Of a stretch of 43,882 bases of DNA, positions 1 to 9,157 are shown piece by piece. The position numbers and the translations under genes are program-made. Below the pieces are notes generated by a model, which saw only the letters and a list, made by a program, of their open reading frames with translations, was not told the origin of the DNA and searched no databases. Positions within the stretch are counted from its first letter, which is position 1. Each line of letters starts with the position of its first letter. The stretch is from Clostridia bacterium (GTDB lineage Bacteria > Bacillota > Clostridia > Christensenellales > UBA1242), in the NCBI GenBank assembly GCA_017505165.1, contig JAFVPU010000138.1, positions 1 to 43,882 on the forward strand. Direction: 5' to 3'.

Positions 1-933
1 AATGAAGCCAAGTTCTTCATGAGCAAGAGTGGTGTCCGCATAACAAATTGCTATATCTCCAGGACGACGAGGAGCAATCACGTATTTTACCAAATCACCA
101 TTAACTTCGTTGAAAGTTGTAACAATATCAAGCACACTGTAACCATGACCTGTGCCTAGGTTATAGGTATGGATTCCGCCATCACGTCTCAACTTATCAA
201 CTGCAAGAGCATGACCATGAGCTAAATCGCATACGTGAATATAGTCTCTCACACCTGTGCCGTCTTTTGTTGGATAATCATTTCCAAAGATTGAAAGTTG
301 TTTCAATTTTCCTGTTGCAACTTTTGTGATATATGGCATAAGGTTATTTGGAATTCCATTTGGATCTTCACCAATAAGACCAGATTCATGTGCGCCAATA
401 GGATTGAAATAACGTAAAATTACGATATTCAAATCAGGATTTGAAACATGTTCATCTTTGAGGATTTCTTCAATGAATAACTTTGTTCTACCATAAGGAT
501 TTGTGGCACCTGTAGGGAAGTCTTCTCTAAGAGGCATTGTCTCATTTGTGCCATAAACAGTAGCAGATGATGAGAAAACAATGTTATTACAACCGAATTC
601 TTTCATAGATTTGAGCAAATTCAAAGTAGTCATAATGTTGTTTTCGTAATACATTACAGGTTTGCTTACAGATTCTCCAACAGCCTTGTATCCAGCAAAG
701 TGAATAACTGCATCAATTTTGTTTTTCTTAAATAATTTTCTTGTTTTATCATAATCTTTCAAATCAACTTTGACAAATTTGAAATCTTTGCCTGTGATTG
801 CCTTGATTTTGTCCACAACTTCAATTTTGCTGTTTGACAAATTGTCTGCAATGATAATTTCTTCACCTTTATTCAATAATTCAACAGCAGTATGACTACC
901 AATAAAACCTAAACCACCAGTTAATAAAATCAT
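1..933 (-). CDS. galE: UDP-glucose 4-epimerase, 3' end runs off the window
   Basis: Absent from the ORF track because no stop lies in the window. Minus-strand translation from ATG 933 gives MILLTGGLGFIGSHTAVELLNKGEEIIIADNLSNS (Rossmann GxxGxxG). At the window edge it reads PRRPGDIAICYADTTLAHEELGFI. Both are typical GalE. A GGGGGA SD lies just upstream. Confidence 0.85.
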   Translation of the reverse strand, partial: MILLTGGLGFIGSHTAVELLNKGEEIIIADNLSNSKIEVVDKIKAITGKDFKFVKVDLKDYDKTRKLFKKNKIDAVIHFAGYKAVGESVSKPVMYYENNIMTTLNLLKSMKEFGCNNIVFSSSATVYGTNETMPLREDFPTGATNPYGRTKLFIEEILKDEHVSNPDLNIVILRYFNPIGAHESGLIGEDPNGIPNNLMPYITKVATGKLKQLSIFGNDYPTKDGTGVRDYIHVCDLAHGHALAVDKLRRDGGIHTYNLGTGHGYSVLDIVTTFNEVNGDLVKYVIAPRRPGDIAICYADTTLAHEELGFI

Positions 934-946
934 ATTTCCCCCTATA

Positions 947-1135
947 TTAAGCATTCAATGCTTTTAATAATTTTTCTACATCTACTTCGTGAACCGAGCA
1001 TGCTTGTTCCAAGGTTTCCATTTGTGCGCAAGGACAATACAAGCAATGGAATCCAAAACTTGTCAAGATTTCTTCTGCTTTTGGATGTTTTTGTAGCACG
1101 TCAGCAATGATGTCTGTTTTTTTGAATTTTTTCAT
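947..1135 (-). CDS. small DUF1858-type redox/disulfide domain protein
   Basis: 62 aa with FGFHCLYCPCAQMETLEQAC, resembling the hybrid-cluster-associated DUF1858 family. GGAGGG SD upstream of the ATG. Confidence 0.55.
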   Translation of the reverse strand: MKKFKKTDIIADVLQKHPKAEEILTSFGFHCLYCPCAQMETLEQACSVHEVDVEKLLKALNA

Positions 1136-1309
1136 TTTCCCTCCGTTAATAAAAATTTTAACAAACTGAAATTGTCTAATAACAAAATTATATTATTTTT
1201 GATTTTTATAGTCAAGCAATTTGATTCACGTATAGATTTATTCAAGAGCAGAAAGTAATACATAAAATTGTTAAAATTTGACAACAAATCATCAAACATG
1301 ACAATTTTC

Positions 1310-1338
1310 TTGACAATTAAAATCCAAAAAGTTATTAT
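1310..1338 (+). promoter_or_regulatory. sigma-70-type promoter placing the TSS at or next to the ATG of the LtaS-like gene
   Basis: TTGACA 1310-1315, 17-nt spacer, TATTAT 1333-1338, then 7 nt to ATG 1346. No SD in between. Confidence 0.55.
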
Positions 1339-1345
1339 ACTTTAT

Positions 1346-3544
1346 ATGTTGAAAACATTCCTTAACAAAATTTGGTTGGTAATATATTTTGTTGTGGGGG
1401 CATTGATTCTTGAGGCTATTACATTTAGGATGCTTGGTCTTGGAATAATGCCTGAATATTTTTTCTATAATTTCGTCATTATTTTGAGTATCGGATTCTT
1501 GGTATACTTGATCCCAAACTATACCGCTCAATATGTTGTATTTACTGTAATTTTATTTATTCAAGCGGCATTTTGTTATGTAAATATATTGTTGCAATTT
1601 GCTTATCATGATTTGTTCTCAATCGAGATGGTACGCCTTATTTGGGCTGCAGGAAAAGCAATGACAACAAGTTTTGTGGACTTTTCTGGATTGTTGCAAT
1701 TGTTGTGTACATTCTTTGTTATTGCGATAGCAGGTGCTGGAATTAGAAGACTATGCAAAAGAGAAAAGATCGATAAAAAACAACATTTTTCAATCATTGT
1801 TATTGTCGTACTTATATTGGTTCAAAGTTATAGTTGGGCGTTTTATTTCAATCAACGTTCAAAGATAAATGATTTGGCGAATATAAAAAATAGCGATTAT
1901 ATTTCAAGTGATACATTCTTGCTTAATACCGAAATTATGAAAACAAACAGTTACAAGAAGTTTGGAACATATGGTTATTTATCGAATCTTATTGCCAATT
2001 ACAACAAGGGTATAGACCATGAAGTTAAGAAAGCTTGCATAGCGTACTTTGATGAGGGTGATATTTATGGTGCCAAAGATAATCGGAGTGCGGTTTTTGC
2101 AGTTGATGGTGTTGCTAAGAAGAATAATCTTATAATAATCATGATGGAATCTTTGGAGTGGTTTGCTTTTGGTGATGGAACGTACGATCCAAGTTTGAAT
2201 AATCTATCTGACGAATTGACACCGAATGTATATGAAGTAATATATGGTGAAGATAAGTCGAAGGGTACAGATGATGATTCTCTTGTAGCAAGCAACTTCT
2301 TTGCAAAATCAAAGACAAATATCTCGGAAGGATTTGCGATATTAGGCAATTATCCTGTGGGGAAATTGTTTAGAGATATCACCGGAAAAAGTTACGACGA
2401 TTCACTAGGTGCATTTGATTATTCGCTTCCTCATATTTTGAAAGACAAAGGTTATGTAACTAGTTACGTTCATTCAAATGAAATATCTTACTATCACAGA
2501 AGTTCAACTCACAACAATCTTGGCTTTGATAATGTTATCGGAAAAGATAAATTGAGGGATTCTCACGGAAACAAAATTTATTCAGGAAATGATCTTAATT
2601 GGAATCATTGGCAGAGTGAAGCAGAGTTTGTTGACAATGCAATGGAATACCTAGTTCCAGAAGGCGATAAACCTTTCATGACAATGTATCTCAATGTATC
2701 GACTCACGGACCTTATGATAATAATAAATATAATGAAGATTATGCTAGGTATAAGAATTATGTTATGTATGGTCCAAACAATTGTGAATTTGATGAGAGT
2801 CAAGAAAAATATATACTCAAATCAGGTGTTGAAGCAACCGAAAGTAATTATTCAACATGGTATAGAAATGTTGTGAATAATGAAAATTTCTCAGAATCTT
2901 TCAAGACCGAATTACTCAATTGGCAATGTGGAGTTATCGGTTTGGATGAAGGAATAGGAAAAATTCTTGATGAATTGAAGGTTCAAGGTAAGTACGATAG
3001 TACTGACATTTTGTTATATTCTGATCACAATGCATATTATGATAATATGTCGCTCAAGATCAAAGATCTTCCAGAAAGTGAAGTGTATGGTGTGGAGAAT
3101 AATACAATACCTTTTGTGTTGTCAAGTCCAGGACTCAAATCTCAATATCCTGGTCAATATGTCCTTACAGATAGATTCTGCTCAGCCTATGACATAATCC
3201 CTACATTGCTTGATCTTATGGGTATCAGTTTCAATGAAAATCTTTATTTGGGTAATTCCCTTTTCAAACCAATGGGTGATATATATTCATTAGGTGGCGG
3301 AACAAAGATAAATGATATGATTGTATATTATTCAAATACAGGTGGATTATATTCAAAGAATATGTATACATTTGATATGGAAAATTTCAATTATTACAAA
3401 TCAGATATTCCGGGCACAACTTCTGCCGAAAGACAAGAATTGCTCAATAGATTCAAATCTGTTGCTACAAAGACATTGATAAAAGTTAATTACTTGAACT
3501 TGTTGAACAAATATTATTTGTATCCATATCTTACAAACAAATAA
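1346..3544 (+). CDS. LTA synthase family protein (membrane-anchored sulfatase / phosphoglycerol transferase)
   Basis: N-terminal multi-TM region followed by a sulfatase-type domain (IIIMMESLEWFAF, YVHSNE, LLYSDHNAY). The track ORF starts at TTG 1268. ATG 1346 (MLKTFLNKIW) is preferred because of the promoter geometry. Confidence 0.75.
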   Translation: MLKTFLNKIWLVIYFVVGALILEAITFRMLGLGIMPEYFFYNFVIILSIGFLVYLIPNYTAQYVVFTVILFIQAAFCYVNILLQFAYHDLFSIEMVRLIWAAGKAMTTSFVDFSGLLQLLCTFFVIAIAGAGIRRLCKREKIDKKQHFSIIVIVVLILVQSYSWAFYFNQRSKINDLANIKNSDYISSDTFLLNTEIMKTNSYKKFGTYGYLSNLIANYNKGIDHEVKKACIAYFDEGDIYGAKDNRSAVFAVDGVAKKNNLIIIMMESLEWFAFGDGTYDPSLNNLSDELTPNVYEVIYGEDKSKGTDDDSLVASNFFAKSKTNISEGFAILGNYPVGKLFRDITGKSYDDSLGAFDYSLPHILKDKGYVTSYVHSNEISYYHRSSTHNNLGFDNVIGKDKLRDSHGNKIYSGNDLNWNHWQSEAEFVDNAMEYLVPEGDKPFMTMYLNVSTHGPYDNNKYNEDYARYKNYVMYGPNNCEFDESQEKYILKSGVEATESNYSTWYRNVVNNENFSESFKTELLNWQCGVIGLDEGIGKILDELKVQGKYDSTDILLYSDHNAYYDNMSLKIKDLPESEVYGVENNTIPFVLSSPGLKSQYPGQYVLTDRFCSAYDIIPTLLDLMGISFNENLYLGNSLFKPMGDIYSLGGGTKINDMIVYYSNTGGLYSKNMYTFDMENFNYYKSDIPGTTSAERQELLNRFKSVATKTLIKVNYLNLLNKYYLYPYLTNK

Positions 3545-3573
3545 ACGAACCTGATCATTGGTTCGTTTTTTTT
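3544..3573 (+). terminator. intrinsic terminator after the LtaS-like gene
   Basis: AACGAACC / GGTTCGTT stem with an 8-nt loop, followed by a T-run. Confidence 0.75.
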
Positions 3574-3678
3574 AGCATCATATAGAAGATGAGAATATAA
3601 TAGTAAACTACAAAAAATAAATTTATAAAAAATTTTATAAAAATGATTTAATTTTTTTGAAAATCTTTACAAAATCCG

Positions 3679-3707
3679 TTGACATTGAGAAAAAAATATC
3701 ATATAAT
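3679..3707 (+). promoter_or_regulatory. consensus promoter of tRNA-Asn
   Basis: TTGACA 3679-3684, 17-nt spacer, TATAAT 3702-3707, about 22 nt upstream of the tRNA 5' end. Confidence 0.7.
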
Positions 3708-3729
3708 AAACTCGTTGTCATCAACAAAT

Positions 3730-3804
3730 GCCTCGATAGCTCAATGGTGGAGCAACCGGCTGTTAACCGGTAGGTTACAGGTTCGAGCCCTGTTCGGGGC
3801 GCCA
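3730..3804 (+). tRNA. tRNA-Asn (anticodon GTT), CCA encoded
   Basis: 75-nt cloverleaf parsed by hand: GCCTCGA|TA|GCTC|AATGGTG|GAGC|A|ACCGG|CTGTTAA|CCGGT|AGGTT|ACAGG|TTCGAGC|CCTGT|TCGGGGC|G|CCA. One G-U pair in the acceptor stem. Confidence 0.9.
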
Positions 3805-3851
3805 AGAAGACTGCTTTGGCAGTCTTTTTTTGTTTTTACCTGGGCTCGAAC
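3784..3851 (+). repeat. direct repeat copy 1 (tRNA-Asn T-loop to CCA, plus terminator, plus about 20 nt)
   Basis: 68 nt, matches 3963-4030 at 66/68 positions. Confidence 0.9.
3807..3831 (+). terminator. intrinsic terminator of tRNA-Asn
   Basis: AAGACTGC / GCAGTCTT stem, TTTG loop, T-run. Confidence 0.8.
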
Positions 3852-3962
3852 CTTTTTTGGGGTCCCCACAAAACTTATGTTTTGAAGGGGGAAAGGAAAA
3901 ACTGAGTGAAGGCGAATGTGTGAGTTAAATCGAACACGAGCAAGAATCGAGAGTTTTGACGC

Positions 3963-4030
3963 CGAGCCCTGTTCGGGGCGCCAAGAAGACTGCTTTGGCA
4001 GTCTTTTTTTGTTTTTACTTGGGTTCGAAC
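3963..4030 (+). repeat. direct repeat copy 2 (orphan tRNA-Asn 3' fragment plus terminator copy)
   Basis: 68 nt, 66/68 identical to 3784-3851. The sequence upstream of it cannot form the 5' two thirds of a tRNA. Confidence 0.9.
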
Positions 4031-4139
4031 ATATATTGGGAGCCTAACAATATTTGAGTTTGAATAAATTAAAAATTTATCTTTTCAAAAGTTGAAAGAT
4101 TCTCATTTTTATGATATAATGAAAATATGGAGGGGATTT

Positions 4140-4556
4140 ATGGGATTTTTTAATGGTTTAAAGAATATTTCAAATAGGAATAAAGAAAGAAAAGCGAAAA
4201 AAGAGCAAAGTGCAAAACAAGTAAACAAAAACCCAACAGAAGAGCAATTGAAAAACAATAAAAAGGGTAAACTTGCGTATCTTTGGGCTGTAATAAGTAT
4301 TATTGTTTATGTTTTTGCTTTCGGTATGGTGGCAACAGCTTGGGAAGAAAATTTTGCGTTAGGAATATTAGCATTATTGCTTGTTTTGACGATAGCGCCA
4401 CTTCCGCATAGAAAAGCAATTTCGCTTGCAAAAGAACAAAGAGCGATTAATGGAAAAGGTTTGATAGCATTGTTATTTGCGTCATTTATACCATTGATTG
4501 TCCTTGCTGGTGGATTTTTCTTCTTTGTTTTTGGTGGGATGTATTTTTGGAATTAA
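4140..4556 (+). CDS. hypothetical membrane protein
   Basis: Basic N-terminus, then three or four hydrophobic segments. GGAGG SD 6 nt before ATG 4140. The track ORF begins at TTG 4092. Confidence 0.55.
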   Translation: MGFFNGLKNISNRNKERKAKKEQSAKQVNKNPTEEQLKNNKKGKLAYLWAVISIIVYVFAFGMVATAWEENFALGILALLLVLTIAPLPHRKAISLAKEQRAINGKGLIALLFASFIPLIVLAGGFFFFVFGGMYFWN

Positions 4557-4626
4557 TACTTGTCAAATAGATCATTGACAAAATAAGATATTTATGTTAT
4601 AATGACTAATGTTTTGAGGAGAACTT

Positions 4627-4902
4627 ATGGTTTTAAATGATACTGAAAAGAAAAAATTGAATTTGATAAATGAAAAGATTGTAAATACCAACAAACGTAT
4701 TATGAGCAGAATAGAAAAATTATATTGTAAATGTCCATATATAATTAAAGATGCAAATGATATTGATGTAGATAATATCAAGACAGATGATGAAAGATTG
4801 ATTCAACTTATCAAATATCGCAACAATCTTCGTGCGAAGTATAAAAGTATAGCAGGTCGTATTTGGGAAGAAAAATATAAAGAAGATAGTTATGAAAAAT
4901 AA
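4627..4902 (+). CDS. hypothetical small charged protein
   Basis: 91-aa ORF. TTGACA-17-TATAAT promoter at about 4576-4604 and a GAGGAG SD. No recognisable domain. Confidence 0.5.
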   Translation: MVLNDTEKKKLNLINEKIVNTNKRIMSRIEKLYCKCPYIIKDANDIDVDNIKTDDERLIQLIKYRNNLRAKYKSIAGRIWEEKYKEDSYEK

Positions 4903-5143
4903 AAATTCAGAAAATTTGGGTTACTTGAATAAGAAGCGAGAGACTTTGATAGAAAAGAAAAATACTCTAATTTCAAGTATGAGACAGACAAAACCTAGAG
5001 ATAAAGAAAAAGTTAATAAGTTTGACAAACGTATTGACAAAAAGGTTGAAGAAGTCAAGTTAATTTGTGATAAAATCCATAGAGAAATCAGACGAGCAAA
5101 GAATGCTGGTACTTGGGAAATAGAACTAGATAAGATGATATAA
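4892..5143 (+). CDS. hypothetical small K/E-rich protein
   Basis: 83-aa ORF overlapping the previous ORF by 11 nt, followed by a strong terminator. Confidence 0.45.
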   Translation: MKNKNSENLGYLNKKRETLIEKKNTLISSMRQTKPRDKEKVNKFDKRIDKKVEEVKLICDKIHREIRRAKNAGTWEIELDKMI

Positions 5144-5144
5144 A

Positions 5145-5173
5145 AATTGACACTAATTGTGTCAATTTTTTTT
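5145..5173. terminator. bidirectional intrinsic terminator
   Basis: AATTGACAC / GTGTCAATT hairpin flanked by an A-run and a T-run, between convergent genes. Confidence 0.75.
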
Positions 5174-5198
5174 GTTAATAACTATTTTCATGTTTTGC

Positions 5199-6002
5199 TT
5201 ATTTATTTTTTTCATATAGATTATAGATATAAGATTTCTGAAGTTTATATTTATCTTTCAATGTGCGGATTGCATCATTTTTGCTGTAATTTTTCATTAA
5301 ATCGTTCAGTTCTTCCAACAATTCAATGTCTGTTGGAACTTCTGTTGATTCTTTTTTATTGTGTTCTATTATTAAAACAAATTCTCCTTTGGGGTCTTGT
5401 AGTTCAAATGGTAAAGATACTTTCGTTACATTCTCATGTATTTTTGTAATTTCGCTTACAATAGCGACATTCACTTCGCCGAGAGATGAGTACAGAGATT
5501 TGAGATCTTTGTTGATATTGTATTTTGAAGAATAAAGAATCTTTGTTCCAACAAAATTCTTGATATTTTCGAGTTGGTTTTTCAACTCTTTGTTGTTCTC
5601 GCTCAAGAAGCCGAAGAAAGCAAATTGACTGGCATCAAATCCTGATAAAATCAAAGCACAAAGTCCTGCGTTTGCTCCTGGAATGATGGTGTATTTTATA
5701 TCGTTTTCATGCAGTTTCTTGGCCAAGATATTGCCGGGATCACTGATAACAGGCATACCAGCATCACTGATTACAGCCACATCTTTTCCATGTTTCAATA
5801 ATTCAATAATTCCATCTGCAGAGTTTTGTTCATTAAATTTGTGATACGAAATGGTTTTTGCTTTTATATCATAATGATCTAATAAAATTTTGCTATGTCG
5901 GGTGTCTTCACATGCGATCACATCTACTGACTTCAACACTGAAATAGCACGAAGACTGATGTCTTCAAGATTTCCTATTGGAGTAGAAACAAAATATATC
6001 AT
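5199..6002 (-). CDS. rsmI: 16S rRNA (cytidine1402-2'-O)-methyltransferase
   Basis: MIYFVSTPIGNLEDISLRAISVLKSVDVIACEDTRHSKILLDHY is the RsmI N-terminal signature. AAGGAG SD and a TTTACA-17-TATAAT promoter upstream. Confidence 0.9.
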   Translation of the reverse strand: MIYFVSTPIGNLEDISLRAISVLKSVDVIACEDTRHSKILLDHYDIKAKTISYHKFNEQNSADGIIELLKHGKDVAVISDAGMPVISDPGNILAKKLHENDIKYTIIPGANAGLCALILSGFDASQFAFFGFLSENNKELKNQLENIKNFVGTKILYSSKYNINKDLKSLYSSLGEVNVAIVSEITKIHENVTKVSLPFELQDPKGEFVLIIEHNKKESTEVPTDIELLEELNDLMKNYSKNDAIRTLKDKYKLQKSYIYNLYEKNK

Positions 6003-6131
6003 AATTACTCCTTAAATTTCTTTGATTATATAATGTTTTATATAAATTGTAAAGGAATTTGATGTGTGAAATCCTTGACTTTATGTATTTTCTATGTTAA
6101 AATTGCTGTGAGTTACATTAAAGGAGAATAT

Positions 6132-6542
6132 ATGAAGATAGAATTAGAACATCAAGATTCAATCGAATTTAAAAGCACTAGATATTTGGCAAAATTGAAT
6201 TCTAAGGAATACACTACACGTTATGAATGTGCAATTAGAGGTAATGAAGGACATACAATAGAGAATATTAATGCCGAATTTTTATTTGGTCAAATTTGTG
6301 GTGAGAAAAAGATTATGGCACAACGAGAAATAACAGATTATGTTGCACATTTGTTGGGATTTGATGTGTTGGAAGATACAAAAAACACAGATGGAATAGA
6401 TTTCACACAAAAATCTGATACTATACAAGTGAAAACAGATAAATTAGGGTTGATGTTGGAAATAAACGGAGCGGCATTTGATCCAGAAGAATTAAAGAAA
6501 GCAGCATTTTCGTATAAAGATGATATTGGAGTTACATTATAA
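6132..6542 (+). CDS. hypothetical protein
   Basis: AAAGGAG SD before ATG 6132 and a TTGACT-17-TAAAAT promoter. No recognisable domain. Confidence 0.5.
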   Translation: MKIELEHQDSIEFKSTRYLAKLNSKEYTTRYECAIRGNEGHTIENINAEFLFGQICGEKKIMAQREITDYVAHLLGFDVLEDTKNTDGIDFTQKSDTIQVKTDKLGLMLEINGAAFDPEELKKAAFSYKDDIGVTL

Positions 6543-6543
6543 A

Positions 6544-6575
6544 AAGAAGGAAGTTTGAACTTCCTTCTTTATTTT
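6544..6575. terminator. bidirectional intrinsic terminator
   Basis: 11-bp stem AAGAAGGAAGT / ACTTCCTTCTT with a TTGA loop. Confidence 0.8.
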
Positions 6576-7251
6576 AATTTTCTTTATTCTTAGTGATTCT
6601 GACACCTGGGTTGGCGCCTTTTGTTGCTTCGAATAGAGTTAAGTATGCTTCTTTGTCTCCATTGAAAATGAATTTCATGCGTTTGACTTCCATACCGTAT
6701 TTTGAACATAAAGCACATACTTCGGCCGATCTAGAAGCTAGGTGGACCATATAAAGTCTTCCTTTTTGTTTTAGTAATTCACTAGACTTTTTGATAATAT
6801 CTTCAAGAGTTGCTTCGATTTCATGACGAGAAATTGCAATTTCATATTTTTCATTTATTTTGCTATGTTCGTTTGCTTTGAAGTAGGGTGGATTGCATAT
6901 AATTACATCTACAGGCTTTTTGAAATCAGTTGGTTTCAATTCCTTTAGGTTGCAATTAAAGATTTTGCTACGTCTTTTGAAGTTGTTAAACTTAATGTTT
7001 TCTTCAATTATTTCACACATTTCTGCTTGTATTTCGTTGAAATATAGGTGATTGTATGGGCAAAGAGAATAAGCATAAAAACTTATAACTCCACTTCCTG
7101 CGCAGAGTTCGAGGACATCATCACTATGTTTGATATTGCAAAATTTGGCAAGCATTATTGCGTCTTGCGTGAATTTGTAATAATCTTCTGATTGGTAAAT
7201 TGAAATACCATTGTCGAAGTGTTCAAGTTTAAAGTTACAGATTTTGCTCAT
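6574..7251 (-). CDS. SAM-dependent N6-adenine methyltransferase (YabB / tRNA m6A37 TrmN6-like family)
   Basis: VLELCAGSGVIS (SAM motif I) and VIICNPPYF (NPPY motif). Sits in the conserved holB-yaaT-(yabA)-yabB-rsmI neighbourhood known from Bacillus. Confidence 0.75.
   Translation of the reverse strand: MSKICNFKLEHFDNGISIYQSEDYYKFTQDAIMLAKFCNIKHSDDVLELCAGSGVISFYAYSLCPYNHLYFNEIQAEMCEIIEENIKFNNFKRRSKIFNCNLKELKPTDFKKPVDVIICNPPYFKANEHSKINEKYEIAISRHEIEATLEDIIKKSSELLKQKGRLYMVHLASRSAEVCALCSKYGMEVKRMKFIFNGDKEAYLTLFEATKGANPGVRITKNKEN
7201..7251 (-). repeat. 51-bp exact direct repeat, copy at the true start of the methyltransferase gene
   Basis: Identical to 7306-7356. Encodes MSKICNFKLEHFDNGIS. Confidence 0.95.
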
Positions 7252-7305
7252 TAGTTCATCCTTTATTTCAATTTACACAGAAATTTGCTATAAATTTCTG
7301 CTAAA

Positions 7306-7356
7306 TGAAATACCATTGTCGAAGTGTTCAAGTTTAAAGTTACAGATTTTGCTCAT
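7306..7356 (-). repeat. 51-bp exact direct repeat, upstream decoy copy
   Basis: Identical to 7201-7251. Opens a 22-codon stub ORF (7288-7356, MSKICNFKLEHFDNGISFSRNL*) that starts 3 nt after the ricT stop codon. Confidence 0.95.
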
Positions 7357-7359
7357 ATA

Positions 7360-8142
7360 TTATCTCTTAAGTTCTTCAAGTGTATAAATTTTGATTTCTG
7401 TTGTTTCATCTTTTTCAAAAGATACAGTTACAGTTTCTTTCAAGAAATCGGTTGAGGTTACTTTGCCTTGTCCGTCTGGTGTCTTGATCATTGAATTGAT
7501 TTTTGGCATTCTTTCTTGCATTTTTGCATAATATTCATCTTCATATTTCAAACAGCATAAAAGACGTCCGCACATACCATTGATCTTTGTTGGATTTGGA
7601 GATATGTTTTGATTCTTTGCCATCTTGACTGAAATTTTGTCGAAGTCTGACAAGAATGCTTTGCAACATGTTTCTCGTCCGCAAACACCAAGGGCACCAA
7701 TCATCTTTGTTTCGTCGCGATTGCCGATTTGTTTCATCTCGATACGTGCTTTGTATTTTGAATTGAGGACACGCAATAAATCTCTGAAGTCAACTCGTTC
7801 TTCAGCAGTGTAATTTACGATAATTTTGCTTCGATCAAGATTGGTTGATATATTTCCAACTTTCATGTCAAGATTAAGCTTTTGTGCATCTTTTTTGATT
7901 TCTGCAAGCAGAGTTCTTGCATATTTGCAATTCTCACAATTTGCTTTTTTATCTTCGGTTGTTGCGATACGTATAAAATCGGCACGAATGCTATTGTCGT
8001 TTACTTTTTGTGGTTGTTTTGTGATACCTAATTCAAGGTTTCCATCAAGGCTAACTACCACAACAGTGTTTGGTTCAATTTTGTCATTGTTGATAAAAAC
8101 AGACATTGGGGAAGAGTATAGTAAAACTTCAATCATTTGCAT
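7360..8142 (-). CDS. ricT: PSP1 domain protein (YaaT/RicT family)
   Basis: RVDFRDLLRVLNSKYKARIEMKQIGNRDETKMIGALGVCGRETCCKAFL...GMCGRLLCCLKYE is the PSP1 C-terminal signature. Overlaps the holB stop. Confidence 0.85.
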   Translation of the reverse strand: MQMIEVLLYSSPMSVFINNDKIEPNTVVVVSLDGNLELGITKQPQKVNDNSIRADFIRIATTEDKKANCENCKYARTLLAEIKKDAQKLNLDMKVGNISTNLDRSKIIVNYTAEERVDFRDLLRVLNSKYKARIEMKQIGNRDETKMIGALGVCGRETCCKAFLSDFDKISVKMAKNQNISPNPTKINGMCGRLLCCLKYEDEYYAKMQERMPKINSMIKTPDGQGKVTSTDFLKETVTVSFEKDETTEIKIYTLEELKR

Positions 8143-9056
8143 AAAAATTTCTCCTTCAAAATATTGAACAATAAGTTGTCCAAAATGTAATTAAAATTCA
8201 CATTGGAATTTTGTTTAATATGTGCTTCTTCAATCATTTTTGAAGCTTTTATTAATACTGGTTTTGGGAATTTGAATCTAACAGTTGTGAGTAGTTTTAT
8301 ATCAAATTTTGTGCTCTTTTCATCAAGGCTTGCCAATACCACATCTTGCATACAAGCAAAGAAAGATTGTTTTGTTTCATTTGGTATGTTTGATACAATA
8401 ACAGGAATGTCGGCTGTTGTATTCAAATTTTCAAACATTTCACTCACGCATTTGATAGTGGCAGAATAATCTTTATTGCAAACCATATTTATCATTTCTG
8501 TAAGAGAAAGGTTGTTTTGTATAAGTTTTTGAAAATCAATATTTTTTTCTTTATATTCACTAGAAAGTAATGATCGGTCGTTTTCAGACAAATTGTCAAT
8601 ATAAACTTTGCTAACACGACTCAAAACAGTGGGTAAAATTTTATCCATTTTGGTCGTTGTGAGTATAAAAACATTGTTTTGATTAGGTTCTTCAAGTGAT
8701 TTTAATAACTTGTTTTGACTTATTTCATTCACAGTGTCAAAATTGAGAATCACAAAAACTTTTTTAGGTGCGGAAATTGGCTTTGTGTCAAGCTTTTCCA
8801 TCAATTTCTTCACATCTTCAACCTTAACACTTGTTTGATTGATGATATATAAATCGGGATGAGTATTCTTGGAAAACTGTTTGCATGCATCACACAGACC
8901 GCAACTCGAGTTTTCATTACAAATAAAACTACGAGCAAAAAACAAGGCAACCTCATCATTTTTTATCTTATCAGAAGAATAAAAAAGATATGCGTGCTTA
9001 TTTTTTTGCAATCCTAGTGATTTATAGCAGTCTAGATATCTTATACACTCAATCAT
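8133..9056 (-). CDS. holB: DNA polymerase III subunit delta'
   Basis: HAYLFYS...CGLCDACKQFSKNTHPDLYII (zinc module), FVILNFD and LLKSLEEP motifs. Position next to ricT. An alternative TTG start lies at 9059. Confidence 0.75.
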   Translation of the reverse strand: MIECIRYLDCYKSLGLQKNKHAYLFYSSDKIKNDEVALFFARSFICNENSSCGLCDACKQFSKNTHPDLYIINQTSVKVEDVKKLMEKLDTKPISAPKKVFVILNFDTVNEISQNKLLKSLEEPNQNNVFILTTTKMDKILPTVLSRVSKVYIDNLSENDRSLLSSEYKEKNIDFQKLIQNNLSLTEMINMVCNKDYSATIKCVSEMFENLNTTADIPVIVSNIPNETKQSFFACMQDVVLASLDEKSTKFDIKLLTTVRFKFPKPVLIKASKMIEEAHIKQNSNVNFNYILDNLLFNILKEKFLCK

Positions 9057-9157
9057 CAAGACGAATTATAACATAAAAGTATGAAATTTACAAATGTTTT
9101 TAATTAGTTGACAATAAAATAACTATATTATAAAATATAAATGCATAGGAGGTTGTT

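Noticed and set aside
3679-3885. 68-aa ORF from the track
   Set aside because: It runs straight through the tRNA-Asn gene, its promoter and its terminator. It is an artefact of ORF calling.
3909-3983. Possible second tRNA ending at the duplicated GGGGCGCCA
   Set aside because: The 75 nt upstream of the CCA cannot form an acceptor stem (no GCCCCGA-like 5' end) or D and anticodon arms. Only the 3' fragment is duplicated.
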